64,000 bases of DNA from positions 78,185 to 142,184 of the forward strand of contig CAWEJX010000012.1 of the NCBI GenBank assembly GCA_963809485.1, in the 5' to 3' direction. A program made the translations under genes and the position numbers. Under the pieces are notes generated by a model. That model ran no database searches and was not told where the DNA came from. It saw nothing but the letters and a program-made list of their open reading frames with translations. The stretch is from an uncultured Acidobacteriota bacterium (lineage in GTDB: Bacteria; Acidobacteriota; UBA6911). This document shows, piece by piece, positions 38,079 through 47,041 of the stretch (positions are counted from its first letter, which is position 1; every line of letters starts with the position of its first letter).

Positions 38079-39419
38079 ATGACAACCCCTGCTGAGATTG
38101 AGAAATATCAGGAAGAGAATTTGGCACTCAAGAGGCAGATTGAGGAACGGACTGGCCAAACCGTGGAACAGCTTTATGCGGAAAGAGCCCGGCGCGTCAG
38201 GGACTCCATTGAATTAAGAGTGCCGGACCGCGTGCCCTTTTCAGTTTTGATCGAGCCCCACGCCTATTCCGGAATTCCCAATTCGGCCGCCTACTACGAT
38301 CCCATCACGCTTAAGCGGACCATGCGACAAATGGCCGTGGATCTGGAGCCCGATATGGCTGAAGGTGGATTCCCGTCATCCGGCGCCGCCATGACCGAGA
38401 TGGATATCAAAAACGTCGTATGGCCCGGCGGACCGAAACCGGATGACTACAACTACCAATTCATCGAAGGGGAATACATGAAGGAAGATGAGTATGACAT
38501 CTTCCTGAACGACCCTACGGGTTTTATGATCCGCTGCTACCTCCCCCGCGTATACGGGGCTTTAAAGCCTCTTGCCAAATTGCCCCCCCTGGACAGCATG
38601 TTCATGGGTTTTGAGGCCCTCACGCCTCTCTTGGCCAGCCCGGAGTTTTTCGAAATGGCCAAGCATCTGGCTGCGGCCGGAAAACATGCAGGGGAATTCT
38701 TTAAGACTGTCGGCAATACTCAGGAAGAGTTGGCCCAACTGGGATTTCCTCCATTCGCCAGTTTTGTGCGCGGCGGTGTGGGCGGAGCGCCCTTTGATAC
38801 CGTCACGAGTTTCCTGCGCGGAATGAAAGGATCGATGCTCGACATGTATCGTCGGCCCGAGAAGCTGCTCAAAGCCTGTGAGGTGATACTGGAACGGCGC
38901 ATCGCACAGGCCATCCTGGCCGATCGCAACCATCGGGACTATCCTCAAAGGATTGCGATGCCGCTCTGGAGAGGGGATCTGGCCTTCATGTCCGATGCCC
39001 AGTTTAAGAAGTTTTATTGGCCGGGATTGAAGAAGTCTTTGCAGACACATGTAGACCTCGGCTATGTACCTGTGCCCTTTTTCGAATCCAAATTCGGCGA
39101 CAGGCTGGAATGCATGCTGGAGCTACCCAAAGGGAAGATACTGGCTTCGATAGAAGCCGTGGATGCGGTCCGGGCAAAGGAAATTCTGGGAGGCCATACC
39201 TGTTTGTTAATCCGCGCTCCGAATACCAGCAAACTGTGGTCGCTCAGCCAATTGGAATCCTTCATCAAAGATCTTATTGACAAATGCGGCAAAAACGGCG
39301 GACTTATCCTCGTCATCAAAATGCCGGATAAGGCTCGAGTTGAAGACATGCAGGCTATGCTGAAATCAATTAAAGAGTATGGCCGGAATCAGGTGCCTCC
39401 GGCAAAGCCGGAGGCTTGA
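38079..39419 (+). CDS. Uroporphyrinogen decarboxylase (URO-D) family protein
   Basis: The ORF is 446 aa. It has URO-D/MtaA-like length and layout (RVPFSV...AAYYDP...; FLRGMKGSMLDMYRRPEKL; FFESKFGDRLECMLELPKG). It is a paralogue of 61537..62803. Its last 30 nt overlap repeat copy A. Confidence 0.6.
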   Translation: MTTPAEIEKYQEENLALKRQIEERTGQTVEQLYAERARRVRDSIELRVPDRVPFSVLIEPHAYSGIPNSAAYYDPITLKRTMRQMAVDLEPDMAEGGFPSSGAAMTEMDIKNVVWPGGPKPDDYNYQFIEGEYMKEDEYDIFLNDPTGFMIRCYLPRVYGALKPLAKLPPLDSMFMGFEALTPLLASPEFFEMAKHLAAAGKHAGEFFKTVGNTQEELAQLGFPPFASFVRGGVGGAPFDTVTSFLRGMKGSMLDMYRRPEKLLKACEVILERRIAQAILADRNHRDYPQRIAMPLWRGDLAFMSDAQFKKFYWPGLKKSLQTHVDLGYVPVPFFESKFGDRLECMLELPKGKILASIEAVDAVRAKEILGGHTCLLIRAPNTSKLWSLSQLESFIKDLIDKCGKNGGLILVIKMPDKARVEDMQAMLKSIKEYGRNQVPPAKPEA

Positions 39420-39782
39420 AAGATTTGAACCGCTCAAAGCGGTTGGACTAGCTACGCCGGTCTTGAACGCTGACTTACGCGGGCAAAAGCCGATGAGGCG
39501 CTTCCGATCCCCGCAGGGGCCAGCGCTCCGCGCTGGACAGTTTTCTGCGGCGGCACTGTGGCAAGCGCCGTGCGGCAAGGAGATGAAGGGTATGAGAAAC
39601 CGGGCGTTTGCCACAGTGCCGCCGCAGAAAACTCCATCGGAAGCGCCTCATCGGCTTTTGCTCGCCGACCCTCGCCGAACAAATCGGCGTTTGTCAGCGC
39701 TTTTATCAGCGTTTCTCAGCGTTTCAAAATACGGAGCTGTCAAACTCTTTGAGTCCCCCGGCAGAGCCGGGGGGTTACCAAT
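39390..39782 (+). repeat. Intergenic repeat family, copy A (about 230-bp unit plus a ~150-bp nested foldback insertion)
   Basis: It shares caggtgcctccggcaaagccggaggcttgaaagatttgaaccgctcaaagcggttgga...gggcaaaagccgatgaggcgcttccga...cgccgaacaaatcggcgtttgtcagcgctttt.tcagcgt.tctcagcgtttcaaaat.cgga.ctgtcaaactct.tgagtcccccggcagagccg.gg with copies at 51435 and 61036. The perfect inverted arms are 39483-39508/39636-39661 and 39541-39564/39608-39631. Confidence 0.8.
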
Positions 39783-39807
39783 GTAATTACAATGGCAAAG
39801 GAGGAAA

Positions 39808-40956
39808 ATGCCGCTATTTGAAGAAACTCCGGAACAGAAGGATTTTAGACAGGCATTCCGCAAATTTGTTGCTGCTGAAATTACTCCCCACCGGGAGGAA
39901 TGGGAGAAGAAACGGGCAGTTCCTCGTGCTCTGTGGATAAAGATGGGGGAAATGGGATTCCTCTGTCCATGGCTGCCGGAGGAATATGGCGGATTGAACC
40001 TCGACTTTAGATATTCAGCCATAATAAATGAAGAGCTTGCCCGCGGCGAAGGATTCGGAGTTGGCGTCCCTCTCCATAGCGATGTTGCGACTCCCTATCT
40101 TTTTCACTACGGCACAGAAGAGCTGAAGAGAAGGCTGTTGCCAAAAACCACAACAGGAGAGGCTATCTGTGCCATCGCTTTTACCGAACCCAACGCGGGA
40201 TCGGATCTGGCCGCGATCCGGACAAAAGCCGTGCGGGATGCGGATCACTACATCATCAACGGTCAAAAGACCTTCATTACAAACGGCATATTTGCGGACA
40301 TTATCATCACAGCCTGCAAAACCGGCCCATCGGAGAATAACAGATCCATTACCCTGATCGCGGTAGAGGCAGACAGCCCCGGATTCCACCGTGGACGTCA
40401 GCTCGACAAAATGGGCCGCCATATGCAGGATACGGCCGAGCTGTTTTACGAAGATTGCCGCGTTCCGGCAGGAAATTTGCTCGGCGAGGAGGGGAAGGGT
40501 TTCAACTACATGATGGAATGTCTTGACCGCGAGAGGCTCGAGGTGTGTGTCAAGTGCCAGGCGATGGCGGAGGAGTGCTTCAAAGAAGGCCTGAACTACG
40601 CCAAGACTCGGAAGGCCTTCGGGCGCCCGGTGGCTGAATTCCAGCATAATGCTTTCAAACTTGCAGAAATGGCAACGGAGGTTGAATTGGGCCGCACTTT
40701 CCTTAACGTACTCATTGAGGAATTCAACAGGGGAGAGAATATCAATGTAAAGGTCTCGATGGCGAAGGCATGGCTTGGCGAGATGGTTAACAGAGTTGCG
40801 TATCAGGCTCTCCAGCTGCATGGAGGATATGGCTACAGCGAGGAATACCGCATCTGCCGCCTTTACCGTGACGTCCGCATTCTGTCGATCTTTGCCGGCA
40901 CAACCGAAATCATGAAGCTCATCATCGCCAGGAGCCTTGGCCTGAAAGGACTGTAA
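39808..40956 (+). CDS. Acyl-CoA dehydrogenase
   Basis: The ORF is 382 aa, with FTEPNAGSDLAAIRT, QKTFITNG and a C-terminal GGYGYSEEY containing the catalytic Glu region. An AAGGAGG ribosome-binding site precedes it. Confidence 0.85.
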   Translation: MPLFEETPEQKDFRQAFRKFVAAEITPHREEWEKKRAVPRALWIKMGEMGFLCPWLPEEYGGLNLDFRYSAIINEELARGEGFGVGVPLHSDVATPYLFHYGTEELKRRLLPKTTTGEAICAIAFTEPNAGSDLAAIRTKAVRDADHYIINGQKTFITNGIFADIIITACKTGPSENNRSITLIAVEADSPGFHRGRQLDKMGRHMQDTAELFYEDCRVPAGNLLGEEGKGFNYMMECLDRERLEVCVKCQAMAEECFKEGLNYAKTRKAFGRPVAEFQHNAFKLAEMATEVELGRTFLNVLIEEFNRGENINVKVSMAKAWLGEMVNRVAYQALQLHGGYGYSEEYRICRLYRDVRILSIFAGTTEIMKLIIARSLGLKGL

Positions 40957-41205
40957 TCGCTCCTCAGGATTACGATCTCAAATCACCTGAGGTAAAAGAG
41001 GCGGTGCGTCTCTTTATTCTCAAGGGCGACACCTATCTGGAGTGTGAGATTTTGCTTAGACAGAATTGAAGCTGCCCGCAGGCTTGCAGGAGAATGCCGT
41101 ATCTTCCAAAGTTGGAGAGTGAAGCGCATCCGGAGTTGCTGCATTCTGCGGGACGCCCGTTTTCAACATGGAATTGCTCAGAAATCATCAGGAGAACGAG
41201 GAGGC

Positions 41206-42993
41206 ATGGCTATGAAGAAGGGAATAAAGAGGTCACTATTGGGAGCATGCCTGATAGCAAGCATGTTTGGGATCAGATCAGGTTTTGCTCAGGTGACATT
41301 GGAGGTCATAAGTCCGCGGGCGGAAATTCCGCCTCCGCCGTCAATTCTTCACCCCGCACCTCGGCTTGCGGATCTGGCGGGCAAAAGAATTGGATTGATT
41401 GCCAATAACAAACCCGGTGCCGAGCTCTTTTTAACGAAGATCGAAGAATTGCTCAAGCAGAAGGTCCCTGATGCAAACATCGTGCGCCTTAAGATGATGA
41501 AGGTTTCGGCTGAACAAGCCAAGAAGCTGGCATCTCAAATCGACACCTTCATCCACAGCACAGGGGACTGAGGGGGATGTACGTGGCTGGTTAGCCGCGA
41601 TACTATCGAACTGGAAAAGCTTGGCAAACCCGGCGTAGGCGTTGTCACTTCTACTTTTCTCAGTGATGCTCTTTCGGCGGCTCAAGACTCCGCTATGCCT
41701 ACGGTGCGTCTTGTAGCGGTGCCTGCCAAAAATTACTATACGGCGCGGACTCAGGAACCGTTGATGAAGGACGTTGCGGCCGCGATTATTGATAAAGTCC
41801 TCGATGCATTAAAGCGTCCTTTGACCCCGGAAGAAACAGGTGCGGCTGAAGCCTCGAAGAAGGCGAAGAAGGACGAGGAAATACTAAAGTTCACCGGAGC
41901 GACCTATAACGAAGCAGCTGAGGCGCTTTACAAAGGATTTCTCGAGCGCCACTGGGCCGATGGATTGCCCATAATGCCTCCCACAAAAGAGGCTGTCGAT
42001 TGGATGCTTACAGGAACGAACCGCTCTCCGGAGGAAGTAATCGGCATTGTCGCCACAAAAGGCGGGAAGGCAACAATAAGAAAGATTGCCGCGAACGCTG
42101 TAATGGCGGGGGCAAGGCCGGAGTATTTGCCGGTGATCATTGCGGCTATGGAGGCCATCACAGGAGAAGGATTAAGCGCCCTGCATCTGCAGGCCTCCGC
42201 GGGATGCGTAAGCCCGCTCATTTTGGTCAACGGGCCGATCGCTCAAGAATTGGAGATAAATTCCGGGGCCGCCTATATGGGCCATGGATTCCGGGCGAAT
42301 AACTCCATTGGACGTGCCGTCAGGCTGAGCATGATCAATTGCGGGCACATGTGGCCGCAACAAAACGATATGTGCTTGCTTGGACGGCAGGATGCGTTTG
42401 GGAATACGACTTTTGCGGAAAATGAGCAAGAGAGCCCATGGAAGCCGTACCACGTTGACTTGGGATTCAAACCGGAAGACAGCACCGTTACGGTAGTGAA
42501 TTATATGCACCACAAACGCGGTCCCGGCGGGCCGGTCGTGCCTGCAACTCCGTATGAGAGCCTGTTTGACCTGGCGAAAACAGTAGAGATCGTAAACACG
42601 CCTTTGGGATCGGCATCCAATGAGGTCATAATAGCCATCGATCCGACTTTCGCCCACCAACTGTCCACGGTGGGGTTTAGCAAAGAGGATATTAAATGGT
42701 GGATCTTTTTGAATGCGCGCACTCCGTACTCGGAACTAAGAAAAGAAGAGAAAGAAAACCTTCGAAAGTCCATCGAAAGCGGGAAAACGCCCGCCTATCT
42801 TTGGACCTGGGGCGAACAAGGGCAAGAGAAAAAAATTGAAAACATAGCGGATGTACCCTGCCTCCAGAAACCGGACCGGATTCACATTGCCGTGGTGGGT
42901 GGTTCGCCGGGATATTCGTATGTCTGGGAGTCACCGACGGGGCAGGCCACTAAACTGATACGCGGCGCCGCGCTCACTAAAGCAGGGCGTTAG
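41206..42993 (+). CDS. Two-domain selenoprotein with a signal peptide; Sec codon at 41569..41571 (motif UGGC)
   Basis: The signal peptide is MAMKKGIKRSLLGACLIASMFGIRSGFAQ. APRLADLAGKRIGLI is followed later by QIDTFIHSTGD-TGA-GGCTWLVSRDTIELEKLGKPGVGVVTSTF. That reading continues in frame (41044 and 41695 are both 1 mod 3) into HWADGLPIMPPT, ANAVMAGARPEYLPVIIAA, NNSIGRAVRL and AENEQESPW. Confidence 0.8.
41583..41598 (+). promoter_or_regulatory. SECIS-like stem-loop 11 nt downstream of the UGA at 41569
   Basis: The mRNA reads UGA-GGGGGAUGUAC-[GUGGCU GGUU AGCCGC], a 6-bp stem including one G-U pair, with a GGUU loop. Confidence 0.55.
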
Positions 42994-43101
42994 TCCGCCC
43001 GGGATTTGTGCTCGGTTCGCAGCACGCCACGCGTGCTCTTTCAAGGAGCATCGTCCGGACGCAAAGAGCATGCAGCGCTGGCCAAAAGCGGCATGCGAAT
43101 C

Positions 43102-43148
43102 GGCCACGGCTTCCAGCCGTGGCCTTGGCCTGTCCCCGCAAAGCGGGG
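43102..43148. terminator. Two GC-rich hairpins between convergent genes; candidate bidirectional terminators or REP-like elements
   Basis: ggccacggc-ttcca-gccgtggcc (43102-43124) has a 9-bp stem. ccccgc-aaa-gcgggg is at 43134-43148. Neither has a clear U-tract, so confidence is low. Confidence 0.3.
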
Positions 43149-43330
43149 CGAACGGGTGTTATTCCTGTTTTGCGGAGCATACAGAGAAAAGAAACTTTAC
43201 AGAGCAGCTTTCGCATGCTCCGCGTGACACTTCCCTTTTGCTGGTGGCCGCTTGCTGGAAGGACTCAGCCTGTGAGGGCGCATGGCCCGAAGCCCGTGGC
43301 TTTATGGGCACTGAGGTCACTGAAAGAACA

Positions 43331-44665
43331 TCAGCGTGTGCCTTTTTTATCTTCTTTGCCAAATGGGATATCCTGCTTGCCGGCCCCAGTCAGGACCTCT
43401 TCCCAATTGGCGGGCAGCTTCACCTCTCTGCTCACTGCTTTGGAACCGCCCCACACGGGAACGATCATGTTTTTCTCTCCCGGAGGGCCTCCTGCAACCA
43501 ATATGAGCAGTTGATCGATGGAAGGCGTAGGGATCATCGCCTTCGACGCGTCGGTTGCCCCGGGAATGGAGTCAGACGCTCCAGGCGCTTCGCCGGACGG
43601 ACGGTTGAACCTTTTTTTGAACTCGGCTGCGGGCGTCACGGCATGTTCGGCGATGTACTTTTTAAGTCCGTCCTTCGTCCATCCGTCACCCGCCAGTATG
43701 TCGACCGTGTCGTAATTGAGAATCAACAGCAACACGCCCATGCGGGCGCTGTGCAATCCTACCAGTCGGTCCGCCAAGAGGCTCAGGAACTGCTCGGAGG
43801 TCAGACCCAATCCCACAATCGCCTGATAGGATTCCGCCGTGACGACCGTAACGAGATTCGAGTCTTTTGAGTGGCCCAAATCGACGCGCAAAGGCTTCCA
43901 GGGATTCCCCTCTTCGATTTCAGCAACACAATTCGCGAACTCGCCCGGTTGACCTAAAGTAGACATGTCGTTGACACCCGGCCAACTTCCGCCGATGTTG
44001 TTGATGATCATGTGCAGGGCCCGGCCGATTGTCGCATTTGACCGCCAGCCGCGTCCCAGGGCGTTTGACCCTGAATTGATGTCCAGTTGCCTGGCGATCG
44101 GGCCGCTGACGATGATCAAGGGGGAGTCATTGCTTGTAGTGGTCGCCACCTGCGACAGGTTGAACTCCGGGTCGGACACGGCCTCGACAGCCGCAATGAG
44201 CACCGGCATGTACTCCGGCCGGCACCCCGCCATCACTGCATTGACGGCAATTTTCTCCACTGTGGCCTGCCCCCCCTTGGGCGGCACGGAGGCGATCACC
44301 TTTTCGGCGGGCATATCAACGCCGCGCAGCATCTCCCTTACGAGTTCGGGCGTTGGAGGCACGATCGGCAAACCGTCGCCCCACCCGCGCCTGTAAAACA
44401 GATCGTTGACCTCCGCGAAAGCATCCTTGACGATCGTAATTTTCTCGGTTCTCCCCTCGACAAATTCTCCCGCCAAAGAGGGCCGCGTCTTGCCGGTAGC
44501 CGCCATGACAGTTTTGAGAAGTTTGTCGATATAGGCTCCATCTTCGCGTATGCCGGCCGGGTTATAGACTTCGATCACCTGATTGGCCGCAGCGAAAACG
44601 GAGGATGCCAGAACAGCATTGAGGATGAGGGCACGCACGATGGTACGCTGAGAAGTTGTCGGCAT
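43331..44665 (-). CDS. C-domain-only member of the family, with a signal peptide
   Basis: ATG 44665 follows AGGAG. The signal peptide is MPTTSQRTIVRALILNAVLASSVFAAA. The C-domain has GWGDGLPIVPPT, VNAVMAGCRPEYMPVLIAAVEA, SNATIGRALHMIINNIGG and EIEEGNPWKPLRVDLG. There is no UGSC module. Confidence 0.75.
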   Translation of the reverse strand: MPTTSQRTIVRALILNAVLASSVFAAANQVIEVYNPAGIREDGAYIDKLLKTVMAATGKTRPSLAGEFVEGRTEKITIVKDAFAEVNDLFYRRGWGDGLPIVPPTPELVREMLRGVDMPAEKVIASVPPKGGQATVEKIAVNAVMAGCRPEYMPVLIAAVEAVSDPEFNLSQVATTTSNDSPLIIVSGPIARQLDINSGSNALGRGWRSNATIGRALHMIINNIGGSWPGVNDMSTLGQPGEFANCVAEIEEGNPWKPLRVDLGHSKDSNLVTVVTAESYQAIVGLGLTSEQFLSLLADRLVGLHSARMGVLLLILNYDTVDILAGDGWTKDGLKKYIAEHAVTPAAEFKKRFNRPSGEAPGASDSIPGATDASKAMIPTPSIDQLLILVAGGPPGEKNMIVPVWGGSKAVSREVKLPANWEEVLTGAGKQDIPFGKEDKKGTR

Positions 44666-44919
44666 CCCATAGCTCCTGTTTCGAAATGTGTGGGCGCGCA
44701 TCGTTACCCCGGAGGTCCATCGGCCGTCGCGAGGTCCGTGAGAATGGATGTGATACAAGGGCGACACAGGCATTGCGGCCGCATTTCGCAGCCGATTGTC
44801 CCGCAGGTTCCCGGGCTTTTGACTCGTTGGAACGAGTATCGCGCCCTAAACCATTCTAACGGCCGGCATGGGTCCATGCCCTTTGACATTTGGCTACGAC
44901 AAAATCATGTGCGGACGGC

Positions 44920-45172
44920 TCTCCAAAGACTTTCTCAAAACCACTGGCATGAGATCCTCGCCGGCAGTTTTGAGAAAGTCTCTGGAGAGCGGTTTTCACC
45001 CCATCAACAGCAACGGCTGAGTAAATGGCACTTATATATGATTTTTCAGCGTGCGTCAGCGTTTATCGGCGTTAGTCAGCGTTAAAATTTATGCACGGGC
45101 TTCCAGAATCGGTATCAAAACGACTGTCGCGAGATCCTCGCCCCCAGTTTTGACACAGTTTCTCCAGGGCCG
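44920..45172. repeat. Composite intergenic repeat: a 23-bp-stem hairpin, a TCAGCG-iteron segment related to the 230-bp repeat family, and a second degenerate hairpin unit
   Basis: ctctccaaagactttctcaaaac (44920-44942) pairs with gttttgagaaagtctctggagag (44968-44990), matching 22 of 23. The segment gagatcctcgcc...agttttga.. repeats at 44951-44990 and 45131-45170. tcagcgtgcgtcagcgtttatcggcgttagtcagcgtt lies at about 45046-45083. Confidence 0.5.
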
Positions 45173-45276
45173 TCCGGTAAGACTGAATCGCGTCCGCTTA
45201 TAGATTCAGGTTTTTTCGCGCTTCGCATCGGGTTGATCCCAATGGCCATAGGTAAAGATCTGTTGGATGCACTGCG

Positions 45277-46953
45277 CTAGTAAATCTCGTAGTTGGGAAC
45301 AAGAGCTTTATATTTTGCTACAAGCTTGTCCCAATTGCGGGGAAACTCGATCTTTTTGGTGACGAAGCTGTTTTCGAAACCGCCCGAGCTCTTAAGTGCC
45401 GCCATCCAGACGCCAGACCCGCCCGAGACGACCACTATGAAATCCTCTTCTTTGAGCGGCGATCGAAATTCGCCCCGAGGCGCGTTTTTCAAAATGAACT
45501 CCCTGAGCCTCTTCTTCGACCACCCTTCGCTTGAAAGAATGCGAGCATGATCGGGGATGACCACCAGGCAGGACAGCGCGTTAGGACCAAAGCTCGCGAG
45601 TCTTTCGGCAATTCCCTGAGCCGTCGTCTGACTGGGGATGGTTTGGGTAAAGCTATTCGGAAAAAGTACAGTCAGCGCGCTGTCCTCTTTTTTCAGGCCG
45701 AAGTTGACATGCAGGGGTTCCCATGGGCTTTCTTCTTCATTCTCCCCGAGCACAAGGGTGTATTTTTGGGGATTGCCCATGACCCCCATGTCCTCGATAC
45801 CCTTTCTCACCCCAGCGATGTTCTTGACCATTAGGCCGACGGCGCGCCCAATGGCGGCGTTGGCCATGTTCCCGGGACTGAAAACGCCCGAGCCGCAATT
45901 TATATTGAGATCATTGCGCACCCCGCCGTTGATGATGAAGAAAGGCGCCCACGAACCCGTGCTTGTTTGAAAGACATCGAATCTGGTTTTCGGATCCGCC
46001 AGAGCTTGCACCGCCGCTATCAGCACCGGCATGTAAGTAGGAAGGGCGCCGGCCATGACCGCGTTTACTGCAATTTTCTCAACAGTAGCCTTGCCTAACT
46101 TCGGTACCATCTTGGCCACCACCTGATCGGGCGGCAGGTCCGTCCCGGTCATCATTTCCGCCACCGCCTTTTCGGTTGGCGGCACAACCGGCAGGCCATC
46201 GGTCCAGCCCTTACTGTAGAAGAAATGGGTTACCTCCTGTTGGGTTCCCTTGAAAATGATCCGGGGAGCCTTCGCCGCTTTCGGCTTCGGCGATTTCTCT
46301 TCGGGCGTCAGCGGTTTAGTCAGTGCGGCAATAATTTCCGGCAGAACGGCAGTGATGCCGCCCTCGATATCTGCGGCAACAGTGGATTCACAAGCGATAT
46401 TTTCAGCCAGGATTCTGACTCCCGGCATTCCTTTGACAGATGCTGCTGCCTGGGCATCCTTAACGAAACCATAATTCGCCAGTACCACGACCGGCGTGCC
46501 AAAGTCCTCGACGGATACTCCGTTGTACGCGAGGTACTTTGTGCAGGACCCTCAGTCACCGACCATGGCAATGACAGCGTCCATACTCTTTACCCAGGCG
46601 GCAAATTCATTGCCGTCTTTCTGTTCTGCCACGATGATGGTCGTCAAACGGGGTTCAAAGAAGCTGAACTCAGCAGTAGTATATTTTTCTTTCAGTTGCT
46701 TCGCAATCGCCTCTGCCATAGGCTTGGCGGCGCGCTTCCTGTTGGTAAACAGCCCGATTTTCTTGCCGGCCAAAGTATCCAGCCGGGGCGCGAGTCCCCT
46801 CGGCGGCACTGCATCCGCTTCCGCCCACGGGCTAAGGACCTCGTATTGATTGTCCGGTGCGGGGCTGGCGAACGGCGTTGGTGAAGGGGCCGTTACTACC
46901 AACGTGCAGAGGACAGTGGTGATCAAAACCGACGCAATTTTATGCATAAGCAC
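45277..46953 (-). CDS. Two-domain selenoprotein with a signal peptide; Sec codon at 46554..46552 (motif UGSC)
   Basis: The N-terminus reads MLMHKIASVLITTVLCTLVVTA. APRLDTLAGKKIGLF is followed later by SMDAVIAMVGD-TGA-GSCTKYLAYNGVSVEDFGTPVVVLANYGFVKDAQ. That reading is in frame (46953-46488=465) with GWTDGLPVVPPT, VNAVMAGALPTYMPVLIAA, ANAAIGRAVGLMVKNIAG and ENEEESPWEPLHV. Confidence 0.8.
46500..46541 (-). promoter_or_regulatory. Extended SECIS-like hairpin starting 10 nt downstream of the UGA at 46554..46552
   Basis: The mRNA reads CAAAGU-A-CCUCG-CGUACA-ACGGA-GUA-UCCGU-CGAGG-ACUUUG. That gives 16 bp in three helical segments. The apical GGAGUAUCC is the same 9-mer as in the 14808-14826 hairpin but is read in a different codon phase. 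Confidence 0.45.
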
Positions 46954-46984
46954 TCTCTCTTCTCCTCAGATATTGTGTGCTGAA

Positions 46985-47022
46985 TTGCCATTCAGTTTTT
47001 CAGAATACCAACTGAATGGCAA
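46985..47022 (-). terminator. Hairpin just downstream of the FAD-subunit gene; candidate terminator
   Basis: ttgccattcagt (46985-46996) and actgaatggcaa (47011-47022) form a 12-bp stem. There is no clear U-tract. The boundary of the duplication falls inside this hairpin. Confidence 0.3.
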
Positions 47023-47041
47023 ATTGTATTTTCTGCAAAGA

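Noticed and set aside
39390-39480. A Moco or other riboswitch at the start of the 230-bp repeat, given the nearby Mo-enzyme genes.
   Set aside because: The three copies are not consistently upstream of, or on the same strand as, Mo-related genes. Copy B is antisense to its neighbours. I cannot match the consensus from memory, and a cmscan would be needed.
45026-45031. A sigma54 promoter suggested by TGGCAC. A second TGGCAC is at 51306-51311.
   Set aside because: The required TTGC element 5 nt downstream is absent in both cases (ttata-TATGA and gcctg-AAAGC).
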